Part shown: in pieces, positions 6,273-13,216 of the stretch
Numbering within the stretch: the stretch's first letter is position 1
Layout: each line of letters starts with the position of its first letter
Assembly (NCBI GenBank): GCA_033762295.1
Contig: JANRLW010000054.1
Location: 1 to 13,216 of the forward strand
Origin: Capsulimonadales bacterium
GTDB taxonomy: Bacteria > Armatimonadota > Armatimonadia > Armatimonadales > Armatimonadaceae
DNA: 13,216 nt
Reading direction: 5' to 3'
Program-made: the position numbers and the translations under genes
Notes under the pieces: model-generated
What the model saw: only the letters and a program-made list of their open reading frames with translations
The model's database searches: none
What the model was told of the DNA's origin: nothing

Positions 6273-6430
6273 GGCGATTTCGATCGTAAACTTGTACGTT
6301 TTCGCCCTTTCGCCGTTCTATTATGCGGGAGTACCGGTCGTTTTCGCAACTTTTGAGAGGGACGGCTTGCGCGAACGTCAGGGAAGATCGGGTCGCACTA
6401 CAGGTTCGCGGTCAACGGGTTCGCCGTCAG
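6273..6430 (-). promoter_or_regulatory. CRISPR leader with inverted repeat CGCGAAC...GTTCGCG
   Basis: Non-coding and less GC-rich than the flanking genes, next to the perfect-repeat end of the array. Perfect 7-bp inverted repeat at 6370-6376 / 6404-6410. Confidence 0.75.
6320..6349 (-). promoter_or_regulatory. Putative sigma70-type promoter for the array (-35 TTGCGA, 18 bp, -10 CATAAT)
   Basis: + strand TCGCAA 6344-6349 and ATTATG 6320-6325 read TTGCGA-N18-CATAAT on the minus strand, pointing into the first repeat ~50 bp away. Confidence 0.6.
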
Positions 6431-6471
6431 ACATCGAATAAGTTCTTGTAAGTTCTGGCAACAGAGGAACT

Positions 6472-9400
6472 ATGGCAAACGAAAAAGAAGCTGCCGTGCT
6501 GCTCCTTCGCGTCAGGGCGGATGCTGCCCAGGCAAAAAAAGAATTAGCCAATGTTTACGCGGTCGCGACGAACCAGGCGAAGGTTTCCGCTCGGGAGGTA
6601 CTTCGGATCAAGGAGTTGGAGGCCCGAAGCATCCTCCGGCAGGACGAGGCCCGTGCCAAATCCGCTGCCCGCGTCGCTCAGGCGGAGGCCAACGCCGCGA
6701 CATCGATTCAGCGAAGCGTTACCCAGACCCTTCGGGCCAAGCAACAGACGATCCGGGTGGAGGAGGAAGCCGCGCGTGCTGCGGAGCGGTCCGCCCAGCG
6801 GCGCGCACGCGCCAACGGTGGCAGTAACTTTGCCCTTCCCCGAACGTTCGCAGGCTTCTCCCCGGCGGGCGCTTTGCAGGGAGCCATGGCCGCCGGCGGG
6901 TTGTACCTCGCGGGCCAGGCGGCACAGCTCCCCGGGCAGATTTTCGAGACCCGCGCGACGTACGAGGGTCTGGAGAATGCGCTCCGTGCGCTGAACGGCT
7001 CGGCGGCAAAAACCGAGGCGCAACTGATCCGCCTTCGAGAGGTGGCGCAATTACCGGGTCTGGGCTTTCAGGAGGCCGTACAGGGCGCGATCCGGCTGCA
7101 AGGCGCAGGATTCCAGGCAGAACAGGCGGAGCGGCACCTGCGCAATTTTGGAAAAGCCGTAGCGCAGACCGGGGGCGGTCGCGAGGAGATCGAAGGGGTC
7201 ACGCTCGCGCTCGCGCAGATGGCGGCGAAAACCAAGGTTAGCGCCGAAGAGATCAATCAGCTTGCGGAGCGCATTCCCTCCATTCGTGTTGCCATGCAGC
7301 AGGCGTTCGGCACGTCCGATACCGAACTCATTCAGGCGGCGGGATTGGACCCGAAGCAGGCAATCGCAGCTCTGTCTCAGATTTACGAGCGGACCAAACA
7401 GGTCGAAGGCGGTCTGAAAAACAGTAAGGAGAACATTGTCGACGGCTTCAAGGAGATGTTCAACGAGATCGGTCGAGCGGCGCAGGAGTCGGGGGTAAAC
7501 AAACTGATGGACAATATGGCGAGCCTGCTGCGGCGCGGTGCGGGCAGCGTCCGGCAAAACACCGCCGTTCAGCGGGAAGGCCGACTTCTTGGCGACATCA
7601 TTTCCGGGCGCGGTTCGGCGAACGGCACGCCCCTGCCACGTCAGCAGCAACTGATCGCTCAGCGCCTGGCGCAGATCTCCCAGGACCTCCCCGCCGGGTT
7701 CGATCCGGATCGGTCAAACAACTCGACCCTAATCCAACTGGCCCGCGAACGCGAATCCCTCCTATCGTATCGGCGCGGCCTCGGCATGCAAAGCCAGTAC
7801 GAGAACCTGGGAGCATCGGGTAAGCCCTTCCGTATGGCGGCCGCGCCTATCATCGATGTCAAGCAGGTATCCGGGCTGCAAGCGGAGCTATCGGCGATCG
7901 TGGGCAAAATCGGCAAGGCCAAAACCGCAGAGCAGGTGTCCGCCCTGGCGGCGCGGGCGGAAGCCATCGCCCGGCGGATCAAGAGCACCCACGGTATCAG
8001 CCCGGACGCGGCAAACAAAAGCCTTCAGGCAGTTCAGGTAGCGGCGCAGGACAAACTCGCCACGCTTGCGGAAGCGGCCGCAAACGATGCGCGGGCGGCG
8101 GCGCAGATCGATGCTCAACGGCGACTGACCACGCTTTCCCGGACGTTTGGTTTCGCGCTCGATGAATTCGAGCAGGCACGAACGCCACAGGAGATCGAGC
8201 GGGCGCGACAGAATGCGTTCGGCCTCATGGGGCGGATCCGCAATGCTCAGGGAGCGGCGGCACAGGCAACTTATAACCGGCAGGTAGGCACGCATCCCCG
8301 CACCGCGGCCTCGAACCTCATGGCGGCGAAAGCGGACATACTGGCCGATAACGCCGATCGGGCCAAGAGCGTGCGTGAAGCGACCGAAAGAGCCGGCAAA
8401 CGCCTGCAGGACGAGGCCACCGAACAGCAGCGAATCATCGACCAGATCTATCAGATGCTCGACGAGGAGGACGAGGAAGCCGAGAAGCGGCGAAAGAAGC
8501 AGGTCCAGGAGGAGATCCGACGAATCGACGAGGCGCGGGAAGCTGACGAAAAGCTTCGGCAAGCCCTTCTGGATGGCCTCCGGGTCGATGAGGACACGCT
8601 CCGTCTTCAGCTCGAGCGGGCGAACAATTTCGAGGAAGCCCAGCGGATCATCGCCCAGATCGTCGATAACCTGCAAAGCCAGGCGATGAACGACTATTTC
8701 GGCACGATGTTTACCGATCCGACAGCGCAGAACCGGCTCGACCGATCGGGCATTCGGATCGCTCAAACCGCGAGGGAACTGACGGATAAAGCGTCGGGGC
8801 AGTTCCAGGAAACGGACCTGACAGCAAACCAGATGCCGACGATCACCAGCATGGACGATGACCATTATCAGGTGGTTCAGCCGGATGGATCGGTCCTTAC
8901 GGTCGACCGGGATACCTACCTGCGCTATCGTCGAGACTATGAGCGCCGAGACCGCCGGTCTCGGCGGGCGCGCGATCTGCGAGAGTCCGGTCGGCGGATG
9001 GAACAGAATGTGGAGAACGCCACCGGAGAATTCCTCGGCGATCTGACGCGTGGAAATGTCGAGGGAGCGGGTCGATCGGCGGTAATGGCGATCGTGGACA
9101 GCCTGCGACGCGAAGGCGGCGACCTGATCGCCCGGGAGATCAGCCGGGCGATCAAGCAACCGATTGGCGAGACGTTCCGGGACATCGCCGACGCGTTGAA
9201 CAAGAACATCAGTGGCTTGAATATCAGCGCGAAGAACCTGCTGATGGCGGGCGCATCACTGGCGGGCTTGGCCAACCTGCTCGGAGCGGGCGGAAAGAAA
9301 AAGCAGAAAAAGAGCGTTCTCGGGGGTATCGCCGGCGCGGTCGTCGGATCTTTTATCCCGGGCGGCAGTCTGCTGACCGACATCGGGATAGGCGCATTCG

Positions 9401-9684
9401 CCGGCGGATTCTTTGCCGAGGGCGGTCGCCCTCCTATCGGTCGTGCCTCCTGGGTCGGTGACGGCAAGGGCTGGATGGGGGCCCCGGAGTTGATTGTCCC
9501 GCAGGAACCGTCGGTCGTCCTCAATGAACGGCAGATCAAGGCCGTTCAAAACAAACTCGGCGGCGGCAAGAGCACGACGATCCATATCGGCACCATCCAC
9601 GATCGGGCCGATGCCGACTATCTGATCCGTCACATCGATGACCGCAACGACCGGCGCTCCTATCTGCCCGTGACGGAGTCATGA
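6472..9684 (+). CDS. Tail tape measure protein, 1070 aa
   Basis: GAGG RBS. Ala/Arg/Glu/Gln-rich helical protein. Has the tape-measure N-terminal motif 'LREVAQLPGLGFQEAVQGAIRLQGAG...LALAQMAAKTKVSAEEINQLAERIP' and the C-terminal motif 'FAEGGRPP...VGDG...PELIVP'. Confidence 0.95.
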   Translation: MANEKEAAVLLLRVRADAAQAKKELANVYAVATNQAKVSAREVLRIKELEARSILRQDEARAKSAARVAQAEANAATSIQRSVTQTLRAKQQTIRVEEEAARAAERSAQRRARANGGSNFALPRTFAGFSPAGALQGAMAAGGLYLAGQAAQLPGQIFETRATYEGLENALRALNGSAAKTEAQLIRLREVAQLPGLGFQEAVQGAIRLQGAGFQAEQAERHLRNFGKAVAQTGGGREEIEGVTLALAQMAAKTKVSAEEINQLAERIPSIRVAMQQAFGTSDTELIQAAGLDPKQAIAALSQIYERTKQVEGGLKNSKENIVDGFKEMFNEIGRAAQESGVNKLMDNMASLLRRGAGSVRQNTAVQREGRLLGDIISGRGSANGTPLPRQQQLIAQRLAQISQDLPAGFDPDRSNNSTLIQLARERESLLSYRRGLGMQSQYENLGASGKPFRMAAAPIIDVKQVSGLQAELSAIVGKIGKAKTAEQVSALAARAEAIARRIKSTHGISPDAANKSLQAVQVAAQDKLATLAEAAANDARAAAQIDAQRRLTTLSRTFGFALDEFEQARTPQEIERARQNAFGLMGRIRNAQGAAAQATYNRQVGTHPRTAASNLMAAKADILADNADRAKSVREATERAGKRLQDEATEQQRIIDQIYQMLDEEDEEAEKRRKKQVQEEIRRIDEAREADEKLRQALLDGLRVDEDTLRLQLERANNFEEAQRIIAQIVDNLQSQAMNDYFGTMFTDPTAQNRLDRSGIRIAQTARELTDKASGQFQETDLTANQMPTITSMDDDHYQVVQPDGSVLTVDRDTYLRYRRDYERRDRRSRRARDLRESGRRMEQNVENATGEFLGDLTRGNVEGAGRSAVMAIVDSLRREGGDLIAREISRAIKQPIGETFRDIADALNKNISGLNISAKNLLMAGASLAGLANLLGAGGKKKQKKSVLGGIAGAVVGSFIPGGSLLTDIGIGAFAGGFFAEGGRPPIGRASWVGDGKGWMGAPELIVPQEPSVVLNERQIKAVQNKLGGGKSTTIHIGTIHDRADADYLIRHIDDRNDRRSYLPVTES

Positions 9685-9713
9685 GCCCCATCATGACCGC
9701 GTGAGGAGAAGTC

Positions 9714-10466
9714 ATGCCTGATTTTGCCAAGAAATGGGTCTATGCCGGGATAACAACAACCTTTGACGCTCCCACGACCGCGATGGTGGAGCAGTGGGAC
9801 GAAGACGAATTCCGGCAAAATATCCCGACCGAGAGCAATGCCGAGGGGCGCGAGTGGCAGGGGGAGGCGGTTCCGGACGTTCGGATCGTGACCATTCCGA
9901 TCTATCTCGAAGGCGGCACGCGCCAGCAACTGCGCGACCGCTGGGAAGCCGTTGCATGCGCTCTGGCACAGCCGGCGGAGGGAACCTGGTACATGCACTC
10001 GGATCGATATGTCACCGGGCGGGTGAACATGATCCGCAAGGACCTCGACGAGGGAATGAACTTCCTGCGGGCCACCATCGGTCTGCGTTGCGCGGACCCC
10101 TACTGGTACAAGAACAGCCTGACCACGGCGACCTTGACCGGCGGCGGCAACAGTGTCACCATCGAGGGTGGCAACCGCCCTGTGCCGGTGTTCACGTTCG
10201 ACACCACCGGAGCCGGTGATTTGACCGTCACCCATGATGGCCGGAGCTTTGTTCTGGCCATCACCGACAATGCGCAGTATGTGATCGATTGCGGCACAGG
10301 CACGGTCACGCAGGGCGGCGTCGATGCGCTCGCCCTGATGACCGGGGAGTTTATCGAGGAGGGCCTCAGGGTCGGAGCCACCACGATCGGCGTCACGCTG
10401 GGCGGTACGCTCGCTCTGTCCTCCGGCAGCGTCTCCTACCGTCCTCGCTGGGCACATACCGCCTGA
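9714..10466 (+). CDS. Distal tail protein (Dit, siphovirus tail component), 250 aa
   Basis: GAGGAG RBS, directly after the tape measure gene. Dit-like motifs 'RIVTIPIYL', 'ATIGLRCADPYWY', 'GNRPVPVFTF', 'YVIDCGTGTV' and terminal 'VSYRPRW'. Confidence 0.85.
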   Translation: MPDFAKKWVYAGITTTFDAPTTAMVEQWDEDEFRQNIPTESNAEGREWQGEAVPDVRIVTIPIYLEGGTRQQLRDRWEAVACALAQPAEGTWYMHSDRYVTGRVNMIRKDLDEGMNFLRATIGLRCADPYWYKNSLTTATLTGGGNSVTIEGGNRPVPVFTFDTTGAGDLTVTHDGRSFVLAITDNAQYVIDCGTGTVTQGGVDALALMTGEFIEEGLRVGATTIGVTLGGTLALSSGSVSYRPRWAHTA

Positions 10467-10474
10467 CCTTCATC

Positions 10475-10502
10475 CCCCGCTTCTTTTTGAAGCGGGGATT
10501 CT
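10475..10502 (+). terminator. Intergenic stem-loop (possible terminator/attenuator or mRNA-stabilising hairpin)
   Basis: CCCCGCTTC-TTTTT-GAAGCGGGG is a perfect 9-bp stem (10475-10497) just after the Dit stop. The U-tract is weak (ATTCTT). Confidence 0.45.
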
Positions 10503-10519
10503 TCCCCGTAACTGCTTCT

Positions 10520-13216
10520 ATGAAACGACCCTTTGAGGTGCGCCTCTATCGCGCAGGCTCGAACACGGCCTATCGCGTGCTACCGCTGAAGCTGGTCGGT
10601 CCCTCCGTCTACCGGGTGGGGCGGGAAGGGTATTACCTTGACGCCACGCTCACCCTGAAGGGACGACTGTCCGATTCGCCGCTCTCCGGTATCGTTAGCG
10701 ATGCCCGCGTCGGCTTTTTCGGTCAGGGGGTCGATGGCAACCCGGTGGAGTGCTACATCGGGTATGTGCGCGATATCCAGGAGGTCAAGATCGGCGTTCG
10801 AAAGGTCGTGCTGACCCTCTACGGGCTGTACGAACGGATCAGCCGCATCCCGGTCCGGCAACGGTTCGCCTTCCCCTCCGCGGATGAAGAGGGGGTCGAT
10901 CTCTCGGTCGCGGCCAGTCGTATCTGGAACGCCTGGGCGAAGCGATACTACCCGGATCTGCTCGTCTCGACGTCCACGGTCGGTCAGACGGTCGATTATG
11001 TCGATGGCTTCCGTCGCACGATCGGCGACATCAACGGCGACCTGATGCGCCTCGCGGGCGGTCTGATGGCGTTCGGTTGCGACACCGATTCGGCGACCGG
11101 CCAGGATCGGCTTTTCATACGGGCCTACGGCGACCCCAACGCCCCGGATCACGTCTGGTCGTTGCCATCCCCACCCGATGCACCATTTCAGGTGATAGCC
11201 AAGCGCAGCGGCAAGGACAGCCGTCGGATCGTCAATGTGCTGGATGTCGTCGGGGGGCAGCCGCAATATCCGAACCTGATGACGCGCGGCGCGGGGTTCG
11301 AGTATCCGACCCTGACCGGTACGGTCACTAACCTGATTACCGATCCGGGCTTCGAGGCAGCGGGAGCCGGTCCGTGGACGCTTGGCGGCGGAGCGAGTGA
11401 AAAGCTGGCCAGCGAGGGAGTGGAAGGGCAGACCGATGGCGGCAACACCATGGTCGAGCTGGACAACGATGGCGAGTACGTACAGCAGGTGGTGGACAGT
11501 CCGGCAGTCGCTTTGGTCCCCGGCGCGATGTACACGGCGGAGGTCCGCGCCCGTCTGGAGAGCGGAACCCATCTTTCGTACGTCGATGCCACCCTGACCT
11601 GGCGCAACGCCGGCGGGAGCGTTGGCACGTTGACCCAACGGATCGCCCCGACCTCTGCGGATTTCGCCACCTTTCGGATCAGCGGCCCGTGCCCCACCGG
11701 CGCGGACCGGTTCACCTTCCGCACCGAAATGCCCACGGGCGGCGATGCAGGCGACGGAGTGATGGTCGATAACGTCGCCGTCTACAATAGCGAGGCGGTG
11801 TCTGCCGAGGGCATGGAAGTCCGCGTCAACGGCGGCAATCTAACGGGATCGGCCCAGGTTAACTCCATCGACTGGGCTTACCCGGACGGGCACTCAGGGG
11901 CTTACTGCCTGGCCTTTGATGTGGTCTCGACCGATGCGGACAACAACGACGTCTCGATTCGCGAGTTCCAGGGCCGACCGATCCCGGTCACGCCGCGCGG
12001 CAATTACCGGCTCACCGCCTGGGTCAAGAACTTTCCGGGCGAGATTAGCTACCCGGCGATTCAGTTGCAGATCCTGAAGCTAAACAACGGTGAGTATAAG
12101 AACATCGGGGTGGTCAACTTTGCGAGCGGGAACTACCCGGACTGGACGCCGCTGATCCTCGAAGGCGTGCCGGGCGATATCGCGTTCGATCAGAACCAGG
12201 CGATTCCTGCGTTCGTAATTCGTGGGACCGGCAAGGGCCTGATGGACAGCCTGCTGTTCACCGCGTCCGCTGCGCCGAAGGTCGGGGGCGTGCCGGTCTA
12301 TTATGAGGGGCCGTTCGAGGCGACGTATCGGGCCGATGAGCGGTTCGGCTCCGGTCCCATTCATGATAGCAACGCCGATTACGGCGACCTTCCCGAGCTG
12401 GTGACGAACGACTCGATTCAGACCCATGAGGACGGAGGCAGGCTGGCGGATGCGACATTTACTGCCAGGGCAAGAGAGGTACGGAACCCCGATGTGGAGA
12501 TCGTGGGCGCGGCACTGCCGATCCGACCGGGTCAGTATGTGCGCGGGATTGGCAGTGAGTCGGGAGCGATCCTGCCCGAGCCGTTGCCGATTGTGGAGAT
12601 CGAGGGCCGGTACGACGGGGGCAAGCTGACTCAGGCGGTGTATTTTGCGACCGAACGTCCGGACGATGTGCGAACTCAGATACGGCTTGCGCGAGAGGCG
12701 GCGAAACGATCGCAGTACTCCGGGTCGATCGCGGCGGGAGCGCTCTCCGGCGGCGGGAACGGCGGGTTCGTCGATGCCAGGGCCACCGAGGTGCAGGCCG
12801 CGCGCACCCGAGACGCAAACGCGCCCTGGCTGGCGGCAACCTTTGCGACATTGAAAGCGCATTTCGCCGCGATCTGGAAACTGCTGCGGACCTCGGCAAC
12901 GAATGCGTCGGGTGCGTATGCCTCGACGGCACGGATCGGCAAATATGTTCGCGTCATCAACGGCGCGGACAGCTACGGGGGGACCTACACGGGCACCTAC
13001 GCACCGACCGACGGGATTCGATTTGCGGCGACCAATAGTATTGAGCCGACGATCAATGTGACGACGGACGGAGTACTGGAAGTCAGCTTGACGAACGTCT
13101 GGTATCAATCGCATCCGCCCGAAACCGCCAACAAAACCCTGGCCGCCGATGAATGGGCCCAGTTCGACACGTCGATCGGGCCATTGTATGCCACGCTGCC
13201 GAGCGCGGGGTTTGTC
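10520..13216 (+). CDS. Tal / baseplate hub-tail tip protein with two CBM_4_9-like carbohydrate-binding inserts, 3'-partial (>=899 aa)
   Basis: Absent from the ORF track because it has no stop in the window. I translated it from ATG 10520 (MKRPFEVRLYRAGS...) and found it open to the end. Hub-like motifs: 'YIGYVRDIQ...VVLTLYGLYERI', 'DSRRIVNVLDVVGG', 'YGDLPELVTNDSI', 'IRPGQYV'. CBM-like motifs: 'NLITDPGFE...LVPGAMYTAEVRAR...VMVDNVAV' and 'HSGAYCL...PVTPRGNYRLTAWVK'. Confidence 0.85.
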   Translation, partial: MKRPFEVRLYRAGSNTAYRVLPLKLVGPSVYRVGREGYYLDATLTLKGRLSDSPLSGIVSDARVGFFGQGVDGNPVECYIGYVRDIQEVKIGVRKVVLTLYGLYERISRIPVRQRFAFPSADEEGVDLSVAASRIWNAWAKRYYPDLLVSTSTVGQTVDYVDGFRRTIGDINGDLMRLAGGLMAFGCDTDSATGQDRLFIRAYGDPNAPDHVWSLPSPPDAPFQVIAKRSGKDSRRIVNVLDVVGGQPQYPNLMTRGAGFEYPTLTGTVTNLITDPGFEAAGAGPWTLGGGASEKLASEGVEGQTDGGNTMVELDNDGEYVQQVVDSPAVALVPGAMYTAEVRARLESGTHLSYVDATLTWRNAGGSVGTLTQRIAPTSADFATFRISGPCPTGADRFTFRTEMPTGGDAGDGVMVDNVAVYNSEAVSAEGMEVRVNGGNLTGSAQVNSIDWAYPDGHSGAYCLAFDVVSTDADNNDVSIREFQGRPIPVTPRGNYRLTAWVKNFPGEISYPAIQLQILKLNNGEYKNIGVVNFASGNYPDWTPLILEGVPGDIAFDQNQAIPAFVIRGTGKGLMDSLLFTASAAPKVGGVPVYYEGPFEATYRADERFGSGPIHDSNADYGDLPELVTNDSIQTHEDGGRLADATFTARAREVRNPDVEIVGAALPIRPGQYVRGIGSESGAILPEPLPIVEIEGRYDGGKLTQAVYFATERPDDVRTQIRLAREAAKRSQYSGSIAAGALSGGGNGGFVDARATEVQAARTRDANAPWLAATFATLKAHFAAIWKLLRTSATNASGAYASTARIGKYVRVINGADSYGGTYTGTYAPTDGIRFAATNSIEPTINVTTDGVLEVSLTNVWYQSHPPETANKTLAADEWAQFDTSIGPLYATLPSAGFV

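Noticed and set aside
5879..6441. ORFs 5879-6088, 5893-6099, 5907-6356 and 6145-6441 across the array
   Set aside because: These are translations of CRISPR repeats and leader (repeating FQPSPAANRRWN, STLTSGEPPV), not credible genes.
9678..9697. Inverted repeat GTCATGA-N6-TCATGAC at the tape measure stop
   Set aside because: Short (7 bp) with no U-tract, and could be chance. No function can be supported.
6544..13114. Long minus-strand ORFs (e.g. 7888-9159, 9660-10457, 10580-11638, 12080-13114)
   Set aside because: They are antisense shadows of GC-rich + strand genes, with no recognisable motifs.
1..13216. cas, anti-CRISPR, integrase, transposase or reverse transcriptase genes
   Set aside because: No ORF shows such motifs. 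Coding space is accounted for by virion morphogenesis-type genes and one small hypothetical ORF.

Overview
This high-GC window is the head-tail joining and tail morphogenesis module of a long non-contractile-tailed (siphovirus-like) phage or prophage. All genes are on the + strand, in this order: a partial virion protein, head closure protein, Mu gpG-like morphogenesis protein, tail terminator, a small acidic ORF, tail tube protein, an F5/8-like accessory protein, tail assembly chaperone (TAC), tape measure protein, Dit, and a partial Tal/hub protein with carbohydrate-binding modules. The main surprise lies between the TAC and tape measure genes. It is a CRISPR mini-array (5 x 37-bp repeats, 4 spacers) with no cas genes in the window. 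It has type I-C-like repeat structure, its own leader and a sigma70-like promoter, and runs antisense to the tail operon. Other notable points are a probable +1 (not the usual -1) TAC frameshift, an FN3-like domain apparently split between two genes flanking the tube core, two in-frame starts for the tube gene, and nested CBM insertions in Tal. Protein calls rest on gene order and on motifs recognised by eye. No database searches were run and the host cannot be determined.
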